Shown piece by piece: positions 7,880 through 19,106 of a stretch of DNA of 64,000 nucleotides. The translations under genes and the position numbers were made by a program. The stretch's first letter is position 1. The number at the start of each line of letters is the position of its first letter. The notes below the pieces were generated by a model, which had not been told where the DNA came from, did no database searches, and was given only the letters and a program-made list of their open reading frames with translations. Source of the stretch: Pseudonocardia sp. (lineage in GTDB: Bacteria; Actinomycetota; Actinomycetes; Mycobacteriales; Pseudonocardiaceae); assembly GCA_035557575.1 (NCBI GenBank), contig DATMDS010000231.1, forward strand, positions 209-64,208, given 5' to 3'.

Positions 7880-9268
7880 GTGAGCACGTCCGCGGACGAG
7901 GCCGGTGCGGGCCGGCAGTCGGCCGTCGTCGCCCTCGCGTTGCAGGTGGGTGGCGTGGCCGCCGCGAGCCTCCGGGTGCCCGAAGCGCTGGCCGAGGTGT
8001 GCCGCACCCTGCCGCGGGCGATCGGCGCGGCCGGCGCGGCGATCGTCGTGACCGAGGCGCCCGACGTCGACGTGCTGGCCTCCGATGCCGACGCGGCGTG
8101 GCTCGGTGAGGTGCAGCGTCGGGCCGGAGCCGGTCCGTTGAGCTACGCCCTGCGTTCCGGGCGCCCGATGGCCACGCCCGACCTGACCCGGATCGGCCCA
8201 CCCGAGCTGGCGGCCGCCGCCGCCGCGAGCGGGCACCGCACCTCGGTGGTGGTACCGCTGCTGGTGGCGGAGCGGCGGTTGGGCGGCCTGCTGCTGCTCG
8301 GCGATGCGGAGCGAACGGTCGGAACCGGGCACGTCGAGCTCGTGCGGCCACTGGTCGCGGCGGTGACGGCCCGGCTGCATGACTACCTGGCCTTCCGGGA
8401 GCTGGCCCAGGAGCTGACCCGGGTCAGCCGCCGGGCGGAACGGGAGCAGGAACCACCCACCCCGAGTGCGGCCTGGCCGGCCGCGCGGTCCGCCGCACGC
8501 AGCTCGGCGGCACCCCCGGCGGCGGCACCCCCGGCGGCGGCCCCGGCGGCGGCACCCCCGGCCGCGGCAAGGCACCCGGCGCCGGCCGCGCGGCCCGCGG
8601 GCCCCGACGAGAGGCCACCGGAGACCGCGCCGGCCCGGCGGCCGCGGCCCCGCCCCCGGGTTGCGTCGGCCGCGCCGGCCACACCGATCCCGCCGAGCGC
8701 CGACCCGACCGAAGCCCTTCCGGTGATCGCCGCGCCCGCGCCCGCGCCCGTGCCCGTGCCCGAGCCGCGGCCGCCGGTGCCGGAGGCGCCATCGGCGGAG
8801 CTGCCGGCACCGGAACCGGAACCGGTTCCGCAGCCACCGCCCTCGGAGGCGGCGCCGGGCGAGCAGCGACCGCTCGTACCGGACACCACGTCGGACCGTG
8901 CGCCGGCCCCGGCGACCCCGCCGACCCCGGAGGCCGCGACGACCCCGCCGTCGGACGTGACTCCCGCACCTGTGGTCTCCACCTCGCCGGCGAACGGAGC
9001 GGCCCCGCACCGCCCGCCGCTCGACCTCGTCCGGGACCCGCACCCGCTGTCGCAGCAGCTCGGCAGCGGCCCGCGGCACCGGCGGGTCGAGGACTCCGGA
9101 CTCGACGAGACAGCGCCGATGCCAGCCGACCCGGGCCCCGCACCCGACCCGGGCCCCGCATCCGACCCGGAGGCGCACCTCGACCTCGACGAGGACGACG
9201 CGGCGGTCAGCTGGTTCACCCCGGCCGATCCGCCGCCGACGGCGGCGGTCAACGGCCGCCAGCACTGA
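7880..9268 (+). CDS. GAF-domain protein with long Pro/Ala-rich disordered C-terminus
   Basis: N-terminal ~180 aa with GAF-like motifs (GEVQRRAGAGPLSYALRSG; SVVVPLLVAERRLGGLLL); AAPP and DPGPAP repeats. Confidence 0.6.
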   Translation: MSTSADEAGAGRQSAVVALALQVGGVAAASLRVPEALAEVCRTLPRAIGAAGAAIVVTEAPDVDVLASDADAAWLGEVQRRAGAGPLSYALRSGRPMATPDLTRIGPPELAAAAAASGHRTSVVVPLLVAERRLGGLLLLGDAERTVGTGHVELVRPLVAAVTARLHDYLAFRELAQELTRVSRRAEREQEPPTPSAAWPAARSAARSSAAPPAAAPPAAAPAAAPPAAARHPAPAARPAGPDERPPETAPARRPRPRPRVASAAPATPIPPSADPTEALPVIAAPAPAPVPVPEPRPPVPEAPSAELPAPEPEPVPQPPPSEAAPGEQRPLVPDTTSDRAPAPATPPTPEAATTPPSDVTPAPVVSTSPANGAAPHRPPLDLVRDPHPLSQQLGSGPRHRRVEDSGLDETAPMPADPGPAPDPGPASDPEAHLDLDEDDAAVSWFTPADPPPTAAVNGRQH

Positions 9269-9363
9269 GCTGCCGCACCACCGCTCCACGCAACACGGGC
9301 TCCGCCGCGATGCGGCGAAGCCCGTGTCGGACCTCGGATCCGGGTCGGGTCGTGCGGCCTCCG

Positions 9364-11082
9364 TCAGTCGCTGATGTCCTTCGGCTGCCCGGCATCCGGG
9401 CGGCCGGCCAGCACCTCGCGGTCCTCGTCGCCGGCCTGCAGGGCCGCGGTGCGGCGGTGGCGGGCCTCCCGCTCGGCTTCCTCGCGGCGGGCTTCCTCGG
9501 CCCGGGCCTCGGCCAGGGCCTCCGTCTCCGAGGTCGGGTCCGGCGTGAGCAGCGAGCCGGGCACCGGCTGGCCGCCGAAGCCGAGCTGGTTCATCTTCTT
9601 CGGCACCGGGGCGCCCTGGTAGGACAGCGGGATCGGGTGCCCGTGCGCATCCGATCCGGCCAGCGGCTGGTGCACCTCGATGAACTCGCCGTGCGGCAAC
9701 CGCCGGACGATGCCGGTCTCCAGACCGTGCTCGAGCACGGCCCGGTCGGACTTCTGCAGCCCGAGGCAGATCCGGTAGGTCACCCAGTAGGCCAGCGGGG
9801 GCAGCACCAGCAGCGCGACCCGGCCCATCCAGGTGGTCGCGTTCAGCGAGACGTCGAAGTAGAAGGCGAACCAGTCGTTGGCCGAGCTGACCAGCAGCAC
9901 CATGTAGAACATGATCGCCATGGCGCCGAGCGAGGTCCGCACCGGAACGTCGCGCGGACGCTGCAGCAGGTTGTGCAGCGCGTTGTCCTTGGTCATCCGG
10001 CGTTCGATCATCGGGTAGGCGATGGCCACCACGAAGATCATCGGGAGGAAGCCCGCGGTGGCCCAGAACGCGGCCGGGATGCGCCAGTCGCCCAGCACCA
10101 GCTCCCAGGCCGGGAACAGCCGGGCCATGCCGTCGGACCAGCCCATGTAGAAGTCGGGCTGCGAGCCGGCGGAGATCTGCGACGGGTTGTACGGGCCGAA
10201 GTTCCAGATCGGGTTGATCTGGAAGACCCCGCCCATGATGCACAGCACGCCGACGGTGATCGCGAAGAACGCGCCGCCCTTGGCCGCGAACACCGGCAGG
10301 ATCCGCACGCCCACCACGTTGCCCTCGGTGCGGCCGGGCCCGGGGAACTGGGTGTGCTTCTGGTACCAGACCAGGCCCAGGTGCACCGCGATCAGGGCCA
10401 GCAGGATGCCCGGGAACAGCAGCACGTGGATCGTGTAGAGCCGCTGCAGCACCTCGTTGCCGGGGAACTCGCTGCCGAACAGCAGCCAGTGGATCCAGGT
10501 GCCCATCACCGGGACCGAGAGCGTGATGCCGGAGGCGATCCGGGCCCCGGTGCCGGACAGCAGGTCGTCGGGCAGCGAGTAGCCGGTGAAGCCCTCGAAC
10601 GTGCCGATCAGGATCAGGATGATGCCGATGGTCCAGTTCGCCTCGCGCGGCTTGCGGAACGCGCCGGTGAAGTAGATCCGGAACATGTGCGCGAACATCG
10701 ACGCCATGAACAGCAGCGCGGCCCAGTGGTGCACCTGCCGGGCGAACAGCCCGCCGCGCACCTCGAACGAGATCTCCAGCGCGCTGGCGTAGGCGGTGCT
10801 CATCGGCAGCCCGCGCAGGTTGTCGTACGCGCCCTCGTAGTGCGTCTCGACCATCGACGGGTCGAACCAGAGGCCCAGGTAGGTGCCGGTGAGCAGCAGC
10901 ACGATGAAGCTGTACAGCGCGACCTCACCGAGCATGAACGACCAGTGCGTCGGGAAGACCTTGTTGAACTGCTTGCGCAGCCCGGCGGCCGGGTGGTAGC
11001 GCTGGTCGAGCTCATCCAGCGCTGCCGCCACCTTCGCCTTGCCCCGACCGCTCGAGGTGGTGGGGGTGGTGATCGAGCTCAT
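9364..11082 (-). CDS. qcrB: Cytochrome bc1 complex cytochrome b subunit
   Basis: [45 protein letters not shown]. Confidence 0.97.
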   Translation of the reverse strand: MSSITTPTTSSGRGKAKVAAALDELDQRYHPAAGLRKQFNKVFPTHWSFMLGEVALYSFIVLLLTGTYLGLWFDPSMVETHYEGAYDNLRGLPMSTAYASALEISFEVRGGLFARQVHHWAALLFMASMFAHMFRIYFTGAFRKPREANWTIGIILILIGTFEGFTGYSLPDDLLSGTGARIASGITLSVPVMGTWIHWLLFGSEFPGNEVLQRLYTIHVLLFPGILLALIAVHLGLVWYQKHTQFPGPGRTEGNVVGVRILPVFAAKGGAFFAITVGVLCIMGGVFQINPIWNFGPYNPSQISAGSQPDFYMGWSDGMARLFPAWELVLGDWRIPAAFWATAGFLPMIFVVAIAYPMIERRMTKDNALHNLLQRPRDVPVRTSLGAMAIMFYMVLLVSSANDWFAFYFDVSLNATTWMGRVALLVLPPLAYWVTYRICLGLQKSDRAVLEHGLETGIVRRLPHGEFIEVHQPLAGSDAHGHPIPLSYQGAPVPKKMNQLGFGGQPVPGSLLTPDPTSETEALAEARAEEARREEAEREARHRRTAALQAGDEDREVLAGRPDAGQPKDISD

Positions 11083-12218
11083 GCGTCTGCTCCCAACTCC
11101 CAGAACGCGGGACCGATCGCGTCGGGGAAGTCACCGGTGGCGACCAGGTAACCTTCCTCGTTCACTGTAATCGGAAGTTGCGGTAGTGGCCTGGCGGCCG
11201 GACCGAACACCGGCTTGGCGTACTCGGTGGCGATGAACTGCGACTGGTGGCACGGGCACAGGATGCGCTGCGTCTGCGTCTCGTACAGCGACGTCGGGCA
11301 GCCCAGGTGCGTGCAGATCTTGGAGTAGGCGTAGAAGTCGCCGTAGTGCAGGTTCTCCTGGCCGGGGCGCTGCGTGACCGGCGTGCCCGGCCGCAGCCGG
11401 ATCAGCATCACCGGGTTGTCCGAGCGGCGCAGCGCCCTCAGCAGTGCCTCCTCGTCGCCCCGCTCCGACTCCCGGAACGGGAACACGGTCTCCATCGAGC
11501 CGGGTTCCTGGTCCTCGGGGCGGACCAGTGAGATCTCGTCCGGGATGCCGGTGTCGCGACGCAGGTACACGGTCTCCCCGTTGACCGGCCGCCAGCCGGT
11601 GGTCCACAGCGCCGCCTCGGAGCCGCCCTTCCACGGGTCACGCACCAGCGGCCCGATCGTGGCGATGCCGAACCCGAGGCCGAAGATGCCGGCCGCCGCG
11701 CCCGCCGAGGTCAGGATCAACGAGCGCCGGCCGATGCTGCTGTCCTCTCCGGCCTTGGCGACCTGGGCCACCAGCGTCCGGCGGGCCACCTCGGGGGAGG
11801 CGCCGTCATGGCGCTGCTGGATCGACACCTCGTCCGGGAAGAACTTCTTCACGTACGCGATCACGCCGATGCCCAGCGCGAGCACGGCCACCCCGAAGGT
11901 GAGCCCGATGATCGGGGTGTAGGCCAGGTAGATCGCGTGCGCGACCGGGTCCTGCGGGCCCACGTAGTGGTAGGGCCAGAACAGGAAGGCCACGATGAAG
12001 GCCAGCCCGGACAGGGCGGAGATCACGAACCAGAGCGCGACGGCCCGCTCGGCCCGCTTCTCGGCCCGGGTCCCGGGGATCGGCCACTTGCGCTGGTTGT
12101 GGACGACGTCGACGTCGTCCAGCTCGGAGGCCAGGTGGGCCAGCTCGTCCGGCGTCATGGCCTCGAGCTCGGCGTCGGTGGGGCCGCTGCCGGGCCCCCC
12201 GTGCTGCGAGGTGGTCAA
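11079..12218 (-). CDS. qcrA: Cytochrome bc1 Rieske iron-sulfur subunit
   Basis: CTHLGCP and CPCHQSQF Rieske motifs; TTG start overlapping the qcrC TGA (alternative GTG 12236). Confidence 0.95.
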   Translation of the reverse strand: MTTSQHGGPGSGPTDAELEAMTPDELAHLASELDDVDVVHNQRKWPIPGTRAEKRAERAVALWFVISALSGLAFIVAFLFWPYHYVGPQDPVAHAIYLAYTPIIGLTFGVAVLALGIGVIAYVKKFFPDEVSIQQRHDGASPEVARRTLVAQVAKAGEDSSIGRRSLILTSAGAAAGIFGLGFGIATIGPLVRDPWKGGSEAALWTTGWRPVNGETVYLRRDTGIPDEISLVRPEDQEPGSMETVFPFRESERGDEEALLRALRRSDNPVMLIRLRPGTPVTQRPGQENLHYGDFYAYSKICTHLGCPTSLYETQTQRILCPCHQSQFIATEYAKPVFGPAARPLPQLPITVNEEGYLVATGDFPDAIGPAFWELGADA

Positions 12219-13060
12219 TTCTTCGCTCCCAGCCACATGGCGAATCCGATCATGGCGGTGAGGCCGGCGATGAAGGCGATCAGGCCCTCGGACACCGGTC
12301 CGATCCCGCCCAGCGGGTTACCGCCGGGGTTGTTGTTGTAGCCGCCGCCCACCGACTTCACGTAGGCGATGATGTCCTTCTTCTCCTCCGGCGTGAGCTG
12401 GCGGTCGGAGAACTTCGGCATGTTCTGCGGGCCCGTCAGCATCGCCGTGTAGATCACCGACTCGCTGGCCGGATCCAGGATCGGCGCGAACTTGCCCGAG
12501 GACAGGGCGCCGCCACGGCCGGTGAAGTTGTGGCAGGAGGCGCAGTTGAGCCGGAACAGCTCGCCGCCGCGGGCGGGGTCCGGGCCGCGCAGCTGCGCGC
12601 CCGTCTCCTCGGGCCGGGTCGGCCCGCCGCCGTTGGCCTGGATGAACGCGCCCAGCGCGTCCAGGTTGGCCTGGCCCTCCTCGGTCTCCGGGTTGAACAC
12701 CGGCAGCGGCGGCTTGCGCTTGGCCTGCGCCTCCTGGCGGGCCATCGGCATCCGGCCGGTGGAGACCTGGAACCACACCGCGGCGTCGCCGACGCCGATC
12801 AGGCTCGGGCCGTGCTCGGCCACGCCCTGCAGGTTCGCCCCGTGGCACGTGATGCACGAGTTGTTGTACAGCTCCTGGCCCCTGGCCAGCAGCGCCGCGT
12901 CACCCTCCTGCGCGGTGGCCAGCTGGGGCGCCGGGGTGAGCGCGGTATAGAGGCTGCCCGCCACCAGCAGACCGAGGCCGAGCGCGATGGCGCCTGCCCA
13001 CCTGCGGCGGAACCGAGTGCGCGGCCCGCGGGCCGGCCCCGGGGGAGGAGTGGTGGTCAT
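12215..13060 (-). CDS. qcrC: Cytochrome bc1 diheme cytochrome c subunit
   Basis: Two CxxCH motifs (CITCH, CASCH); C-terminal TM. Confidence 0.96.
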   Translation of the reverse strand: MTTTPPPGPARGPRTRFRRRWAGAIALGLGLLVAGSLYTALTPAPQLATAQEGDAALLARGQELYNNSCITCHGANLQGVAEHGPSLIGVGDAAVWFQVSTGRMPMARQEAQAKRKPPLPVFNPETEEGQANLDALGAFIQANGGGPTRPEETGAQLRGPDPARGGELFRLNCASCHNFTGRGGALSSGKFAPILDPASESVIYTAMLTGPQNMPKFSDRQLTPEEKKDIIAYVKSVGGGYNNNPGGNPLGGIGPVSEGLIAFIAGLTAMIGFAMWLGAKN

Positions 13061-13133
13061 CGTCGTCTCTTCCAGCCTCGGCGGTCGGTCGTGGTGGCTT
13101 GGGGCGTTGGTGACGGGGCGCGGTGGTGACGGA

Positions 13134-13742
13134 TCAGCGGATGAAGTAGATGACCGCGAACAGGCCCACCCACACGATGTCGACGAAGTGCCAGTAGTAC
13201 GACACGACGATGGCCGCGGTGGCCTGTTGCGGGGTGAACTTGGACAGCGACGTGCGGATCAACAGGTAGACGAACGCGAACAGCCCGCCCGTGACATGCA
13301 GCGCGTGGAAACCGGTCGCCATGTAGAAGACGGTGCCGTAGGCCGACGACGCCAGCGTGGTGCCGTGATCGACCACCAGGGTGCGGTACTCCCAGGCCTG
13401 GCCGAGCACGAAGAAGGTGCCCATGGCCAGCGTCAACAGGTACCAGCGGCGCAGCCCGAACACGTCCCCGCGCTCCGCGGCGAACACCCCGAACTGGCAG
13501 GTGAACGACGAGGCCACCAGCACGATGGTCACGACCAGCGCGTAGGGGACGTTCAGCTCGGTCGGCTCCGGCGGCCACCCGGCCTCCGGTGGGTTCTGCG
13601 CCCGCGCGGTGAAGTAGATCGCGAAGAGCCCGGCGAAGAACATCAGCTCGCTGGACAGCCAGATGATGGTCCCCACGCTGACCAGATTCGGGCGGTTCAG
13701 CGAGTGGATGCGCGCGCTGATGTTGGGAGCCGCTGTCGTCAC
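13134..13742 (-). CDS. ctaE: Cytochrome c oxidase subunit III
   Basis: [32 protein letters not shown]; GTG 6 nt after CATAAT (leaderless). Confidence 0.95.
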   Translation of the reverse strand: MTTAAPNISARIHSLNRPNLVSVGTIIWLSSELMFFAGLFAIYFTARAQNPPEAGWPPEPTELNVPYALVVTIVLVASSFTCQFGVFAAERGDVFGLRRWYLLTLAMGTFFVLGQAWEYRTLVVDHGTTLASSAYGTVFYMATGFHALHVTGGLFAFVYLLIRTSLSKFTPQQATAAIVVSYYWHFVDIVWVGLFAVIYFIR

Positions 13743-13902
13743 GAGGGCATTATGACCCGAGCGCAACTTCTACAGCCTGTCGGGATAGCAGGAATCGCCG
13801 TCACGTTTCGGTCGCGGGCCCGCCCACCGAGCCGCCTAGCGTCCGCGGCCCGGGCGGGCGACCGCCGGTCGGGGGATCCCGGCCACGGCCTAGAGTTACC
13901 CC

Positions 13903-14334
13903 GTGAGCAGCCCCACCGCGCGCGAGACCCTGACCGTGCTGGTTCTCAGCCACCGACCGGAGGTCCGGGAGGGCATCATCTCCGCGGTCGGCCGGCGCCC
14001 GGCGCCGGACCTCGGCCGGGTGCGGTTCCTGGAGGCGAGCGGGATCGCCGAGGTGCTGGCCGCGGCGGACGCCGGCGGGCTGGCGCTGGCCATACTGGAC
14101 GGCGAGGCGCAGCCGACCGGCGGGATGGGCGTGTCCCGGCAGCTGAAGAACGAGATCGACGACTGCCCACCGATCATCGTGACCGTCCGCCGCCGCGACG
14201 ACCGCTGGCTGGCCACCTGGTCGCAGGCGGACGCGGTGCTCGTCCACCCGCTCGACCCGCTGACCGCGGCGGAGACCGTGGCCGACGTGTTGCGGCGCTC
14301 CCGCACCGGCGAGCTGGCTGCCGGCCATGGCTGA
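13903..14334 (+). CDS. Conserved stand-alone receiver-like (CheY-like) protein
   Basis: [39 protein letters not shown]; conserved position between ctaE and trpD. Confidence 0.75.
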   Translation: MSSPTARETLTVLVLSHRPEVREGIISAVGRRPAPDLGRVRFLEASGIAEVLAAADAGGLALAILDGEAQPTGGMGVSRQLKNEIDDCPPIIVTVRRRDDRWLATWSQADAVLVHPLDPLTAAETVADVLRRSRTGELAAGHG

Positions 14335-15373
14335 CGCCACCCTCAGCTGGCCGGGCCTGCTCGGCCGGCTGATCCGGCACGAGGACCTGGACGCCGCCGA
14401 CACGGCGTGGGTGATGGACCGGGTGCTCTCCGACGACGCCTCGCCCGTGCAGCTGGCCGGGTTCCTGGTCGCGCTGCGGGCCAAGGGGGAGACGGCCGAC
14501 GAGGTGGCCGGGCTGGCCGAGGCGATGCTCAGGCACGCCCGCCGGGTGGCCGCACCGGGGCCGGCGGTGGACGTGGTCGGCACCGGCGGCGACCAGGCGC
14601 ACACCGTGAACATCTCCTCGATGGCGGCCGTGGTCGTGGCCGCGGCCGGGGTGCCGGTGGTCAAGCACGGCAACCGGGCCGCCTCGTCGGCGTGCGGGGC
14701 CGCCGACGTGCTGGAGGCCCTCGGCGTGGCGGTCGACCTGCCGCCGGACGACGTGGCGCGCTGCCTGGCCGAGGTCGGCATCGGCTTCTGCTTCGCGCCG
14801 GTGTTCCACCCGGCGATGCGCTTCGCCGGCCCGGTCCGCCGCGAGCTGGGCGTGCCGACCACCATGAACGTGCTCGGCCCGCTGACCAACCCGGCGCAGC
14901 CGCCGGCCGCCCTGGTCGGCTGTGCCGACCGGCGGCTGGCCCCGGTGGTGGCCGAGGTGTTCGCCGGGCGCGGCTCGTCGGTGCTGGTGGTGCGGGGCGA
15001 CGACGGGCTCGACGAGCTGACCGTCACCACCACCAGCACGGTGTGGGTGGTGGGCGACGGGGCGGTGCGGCAGGAGACGCTCGACCCGACGGCCCTCGGC
15101 CTGACCCTCGCCACCCGCGAGGACCTGCGCGGTGGCGACCCGCAGCGCAACGCGGCAGTGTTCCGGGCCGTGCTGGCCGGGGAGCGAGGGCCGGTGCGGG
15201 ACGCCGTGCTGCTGAACGCGGCCGGGGCGCTGGTGGCGTTCCACGGCCCCGCGACGAGCCTGCCGGCCGCCGTCGCCACGGCGCTGGCCACGGTCGCGGG
15301 TGCGATCGACTCCGGCGCGGCGGCGGCGTTGCTGGAGCGCTGGGCTGCGGTCTCCGCGGGACTGCGCGGCTGA
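14327..15373 (+). CDS. trpD: Anthranilate phosphoribosyltransferase
   Basis: [40 protein letters not shown]. Confidence 0.96.
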   Translation: MADATLSWPGLLGRLIRHEDLDAADTAWVMDRVLSDDASPVQLAGFLVALRAKGETADEVAGLAEAMLRHARRVAAPGPAVDVVGTGGDQAHTVNISSMAAVVVAAAGVPVVKHGNRAASSACGAADVLEALGVAVDLPPDDVARCLAEVGIGFCFAPVFHPAMRFAGPVRRELGVPTTMNVLGPLTNPAQPPAALVGCADRRLAPVVAEVFAGRGSSVLVVRGDDGLDELTVTTTSTVWVVGDGAVRQETLDPTALGLTLATREDLRGGDPQRNAAVFRAVLAGERGPVRDAVLLNAAGALVAFHGPATSLPAAVATALATVAGAIDSGAAAALLERWAAVSAGLRG

Positions 15374-15393
15374 CCGCTCGGGGCGCCGGCGCC

Positions 15394-15672
15394 TCAGCCG
15401 AACCCGACGGAGAAGGCGGCCTCGGTGTCCGCGCGGCTGTAGGAGCGGAACGCGATGTGGGTGTCGGTGCGCAGCACGCCGTCGACCTTGCTGAGCCGCC
15501 CGGCGATGACGTCCGCCAGCTGCTCGTGCTCGGCGACCTTGACGATCGCGATCAGGTCGACGTCGCCGGCGCAGGAGTAGACCTCGGCGACGCCGCCGAG
15601 ATCCGCGATGGCCTGCGCCGTCTCCGGGATGCGGTCGGCTGCGGTGTGCACCATGACGATCGCGGTGATCAC
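15394..15672 (-). CDS. Lrp/AsnC ligand-binding (RAM) domain protein
   Basis: VITAIVMV..IPETAQAIADLGGVAEVYSCAGDVDLIAIV..TDTHIAFRSYS; GGAG SD before GTG. Confidence 0.85.
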   Translation of the reverse strand: MITAIVMVHTAADRIPETAQAIADLGGVAEVYSCAGDVDLIAIVKVAEHEQLADVIAGRLSKVDGVLRTDTHIAFRSYSRADTEAAFSVGFG

Positions 15673-15713
15673 ATCGGCTCCTCGGGTCGGCGCGAACTCG
15701 ACGGGCGCCCACG

Positions 15714-17438
15714 CTAGTCCACCTCCACCGGCGCCGGTCGGGCCCGGGCGGCCCAGGGCAGCCAGCCGCCCGCGCCGCGCGCCGGTTCCGCCCACGGCGG
15801 GTCGGCGGAGACCAGCCGGGTGCCGGCACCGGACAGCCAGCGGTGCAGCAGCCCGACCTCCTCGGCCGGAGCCCCCAGCAGCGGTCCCGGGCCGGGGATG
15901 ACGGTCTGCGCGCCGAGCCGCAGCGCGTCGATGACCGGCATCGGCGGCACCCCGCGCCGGGCCACCCCCGCGGCGGCCAGCCGGCCGTGCCGCAGCACCG
16001 CGACCTCCCAGCCGCCGCGCCCGTCGGGGCGGGCGCCGACCAGCTCCGGCAGCGCGGCCAGCGCGGCCAGCCGCTGCCCGCGTTCCAACGCGACGATCAG
16101 CCCGGCCAGCCGGTCCCGGTGGCGTACCGCGTCCTCGAAGCGCTGCTCGGCGCCCAGCGTGCGGACGGCATCGGCGGCCCTGGTCAGGGCGTCGTCGTCG
16201 GTCCCGGTGACCAGCGCCTGCAGGGCGTGCACCGCCGGCGCGTACTCCTGCGGTGTCTGCCGGCCGGCGCAGGGCGCCCGGCAGCGCTGCAGCTCGTGCA
16301 ACGCGCAGGGGGTGGCGGAGGCCCCGCGGGCCGGGATGCGCAGCGTGCACGGGCGCAACGGCAGCACGTCGAGCACGGCATCGGCGGCCGAGCGGGCCGC
16401 GCGCTGGCTGCGGAAGGGCCCGAGCGCCCCGGCCCGCGGAATGGCGACGATCGACAGCCGCGGGAACGCCTCGGTGGTGGCGACGATCCACCAGCCGCGG
16501 TGCGGCCGCCGCGAGCGCCGGTTGTACGGGGGCTGGTGCGCGGCGATCAGCCGCAGCTCGCGGATCCCGGCCTCCAGCGCGTGCGCGCACACCACGGTGT
16601 CCACCCGCTCCGCGAGCGCGATCATGTCCCGGACCCGGCGGCGGCGTTCCCCCGAGGTGAAGTAGCTGCGCACCCGGCGCCGCAGGTCGCCGCTGGTGCC
16701 GACGTAGAGCACCTGGTCGCGGGGACCGCGGAACAGGTACACCCCGGGCGCGGCGGGCAGGCCGTCGGCGAGCACCCGCTTGCGGCGCATGCTCTGGGTC
16801 GGCCGGTGCGGGGCCGAGTCCCGGGCCAGCGCGAGCAGCTCCTCCAGGCTCTGCACGCCGAGGTTGCCCACCCGTTCCAGGAGCCGGTGCAGGACCTCCA
16901 CGGTGGCCCGGGCGTCGGCGAGCGCCCGGTGGGTGGGCCGCGTCGCGGTGCCGAAGAGTCGGGCCAGCGCGCCGAGCCGGACGCTGGGCGCCTCCTCGAC
17001 GGGCAGCACCGCGCGCGCCAGCCGGGCGGTGCACAGCACCGGTGGCCGGGGCCAGGGCTGCCCGTGCCGCTCGCAGGCCGCCCGCAGGAAGCCCGAGTCG
17101 AAGGGCGCGTTGTGCGCCACCAGCACCGCACCGCGCAGGAACTCCAGCACCGACGGCAGCACCGACGCCAACCGCGGCGCACCGGTGATCATCGCGGTGG
17201 TGATGCCGGTGAGCGCGACGATGTTGGGCGGCAGGCCCACCCCCGGATCCACCAGGGTGGCCAGCTCGCCGAGCAGCTCGCCGCCGCGCACCTTCACCGC
17301 CCCGATCTCGGTGATCGCGTCGGCGTTCGGCGAGCCGCCGGTGGTCTCCAGATCCAGCACCACGAAGGTGACCTCGCGCAGCGGCGTGCCCAGCTCGTCG
17401 AACGTGAGCTGGGGGTCGCGGACCGCACGGCTGGACAC
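15714..17438 (-). CDS. DEDDh (DnaQ-like) exonuclease fused to UvrC-like GIY-YIG nuclease (Rv2191-like)
   Basis: VLDLETTGG, VAHNAPFD, HRALADA; then PGVYLF..LYVGTS..RVRSYF..ELRLI..PPYN. Confidence 0.9.
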   Translation of the reverse strand: MSSRAVRDPQLTFDELGTPLREVTFVVLDLETTGGSPNADAITEIGAVKVRGGELLGELATLVDPGVGLPPNIVALTGITTAMITGAPRLASVLPSVLEFLRGAVLVAHNAPFDSGFLRAACERHGQPWPRPPVLCTARLARAVLPVEEAPSVRLGALARLFGTATRPTHRALADARATVEVLHRLLERVGNLGVQSLEELLALARDSAPHRPTQSMRRKRVLADGLPAAPGVYLFRGPRDQVLYVGTSGDLRRRVRSYFTSGERRRRVRDMIALAERVDTVVCAHALEAGIRELRLIAAHQPPYNRRSRRPHRGWWIVATTEAFPRLSIVAIPRAGALGPFRSQRAARSAADAVLDVLPLRPCTLRIPARGASATPCALHELQRCRAPCAGRQTPQEYAPAVHALQALVTGTDDDALTRAADAVRTLGAEQRFEDAVRHRDRLAGLIVALERGQRLAALAALPELVGARPDGRGGWEVAVLRHGRLAAAGVARRGVPPMPVIDALRLGAQTVIPGPGPLLGAPAEEVGLLHRWLSGAGTRLVSADPPWAEPARGAGGWLPWAARARPAPVEVD

Positions 17439-17446
17439 GGGCGCGG

Positions 17447-17468
17447 ACGCTAGTGAGGCGCCCCGACA
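17447..17468 (-). promoter_or_regulatory. PafBC-dependent RecA-NDp promoter
   Basis: TGTCGG-ggcgcctcac-TAGCGT = TGTCGG-N10-TANNNT, 8 nt before the GTG of the Rv2191-like gene. Confidence 0.8.
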
Positions 17469-17579
17469 GAATCGCCCGGCTCGATCCGCCCCCGGCTTCG
17501 GGCCCGACATCCGAACCTGACCGCGGTGAGCGCGGTCGTGTCCGGTGTGCGGCGGGCACGACCCGGATAACCTGGCCGG

Positions 17580-18977
17580 ATGTCCGACGTCGAGGGTTCG
17601 GTCCGGCGCGCCGCGTGCGCCGGACCCGCGGCGTCGTCCCCCGGACCCGATCCGATCGGGCCGGCTGCCGGCGCCACCGAGCGCCTCGGGTCGAACCCGG
17701 TGGACTGGAGCCGGCTGCCCGGCCCGGTCCGCGGGCGGCTCGCCGAGCTGGCCGCGACCGCCGTCGGGGCCATGGCCACGGTCGACGTCCCGGCCTCGCT
17801 GCGCCGGCTCGCCCGGTTCACGCCGGCCAAGCGGGCCCGGCTCGGCACCGCCGCGCTGCTCGCCGAGATGACCGATTCGGCCGCGTTCCGCAGCGCGGTG
17901 GTGGCCTGGTGGCAGGACAACCGGCCGGACGAGCTGGCCACCACCGTCGACGACCCGCTGACCGCCGCGTCGGTCGCCCTGCTCACCGGCGACCCCGCGG
18001 CATCGGAGGCGGTGGCCACGGTGGCCCGGCGCGGGGAGACCGGGGAGCTGCGCGCCGAGCGGGACGCGGCCCGGGCCCGGGTGGACAAGCTGACCGTCGA
18101 GCTGGAGCGGCTGCGCGGCGAGCTGACCGAGGCCAGGGCGCAGGCCCGGATGGCCGGCTCGCAACGGGAGGCGGAGTACCAGCAGCTGCGCCGCCGGGTC
18201 TCCGAGCAGGGCGCCGCGCTGCGGGCCGCACTGGACGCCCGGGCCGAGGCCGGGCGGGCGGCCGACGAGCTGCGCGCGAGCATCGGTGCCGAGCTCGCCG
18301 CCGCCCGGGCCGAACGGGAACGGGAGCGTGACCGGGCCGAGCGGGAGCGCCGCCGGGCCGACCAGGCCGCTGCCGAGGTCGCCGCGGCCCGCCAGGCCGC
18401 CCGGGAGGCGCGGCGGGCCGACGAGGTCCGGCTGGCGCTGCTGCTCGACACCCTCGGGGGAGCGGTCACCGGGCTGCGCCGGGAGCTCGCTCTCGGCGGC
18501 AGCGGGCCGCACCCGGCCGACCTGGTCTCCGGGGCCCAGTCCGCGGCGGCCGGCTCCGTCGCCGATGGCCGCGCGGCCCTCGACGCGCTGCTCACCGTGC
18601 CCTCGGCCCACCTGGTCGTCGACGGCTACAACGTCACCAAGACCGGCTATCCCGAGCTGCCGCTGGCCGACCAGCGCGCCCGGCTCGTGGGCCAGCTGGC
18701 GGCGCTCGCCGCCCGGACCGGCGTGGAGATCACCGTGGTGTTCGACGGGGCCGGGGTCAGTGCGGCTCCGACCAGAGGCTCCCGGGGCCTGCGCGTGCTG
18801 TTCAGCGACGTCGGGGTGCTGGCCGACGACGTGATCCGGGAGCTGGTGGCCGTCGAGCCGCGCGGTCGGCCGGTCATCGTGGCGACCTCGGACCGGGCCG
18901 TCGTGACCTCGGTGCGCCGCAACGGGGCGCACACCGTGTCGGCGGCGGTGCTGCTGGGTCGGCTCGTCCGCAGCTGA
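17580..18977 (+). CDS. Coiled-coil protein with C-terminal NYN (YacP/Rae1-like PIN) RNase domain
   Basis: HLVVDGYNVTK, VVFDG, ADDVI, VATSDR; long Arg/Glu/Ala coiled coil. Confidence 0.88.
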   Translation: MSDVEGSVRRAACAGPAASSPGPDPIGPAAGATERLGSNPVDWSRLPGPVRGRLAELAATAVGAMATVDVPASLRRLARFTPAKRARLGTAALLAEMTDSAAFRSAVVAWWQDNRPDELATTVDDPLTAASVALLTGDPAASEAVATVARRGETGELRAERDAARARVDKLTVELERLRGELTEARAQARMAGSQREAEYQQLRRRVSEQGAALRAALDARAEAGRAADELRASIGAELAAARAERERERDRAERERRRADQAAAEVAAARQAAREARRADEVRLALLLDTLGGAVTGLRRELALGGSGPHPADLVSGAQSAAAGSVADGRAALDALLTVPSAHLVVDGYNVTKTGYPELPLADQRARLVGQLAALAARTGVEITVVFDGAGVSAAPTRGSRGLRVLFSDVGVLADDVIRELVAVEPRGRPVIVATSDRAVVTSVRRNGAHTVSAAVLLGRLVRS

Positions 18978-19030
18978 TCGGCTCCGATCCCGCACCGCAT
19001 GCGGAGCCCGGCCGCGCGACAACGCCGATG

Positions 19031-19100
19031 CGCACCACGAGCGCGACCTGGCGGTGGTCCGCCCGGCCTCGAACCACCCTGGCGGCGCGCTCGTGGTGCG
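19031..19100. repeat. 15-bp perfect inverted repeat (hairpin, possible terminator)
   Basis: CGCACCACGAGCGCG (19031-19045) / CGCGCTCGTGGTGCG (19086-19100). Confidence 0.6.
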
Positions 19101-19106
19101 TTGCTG

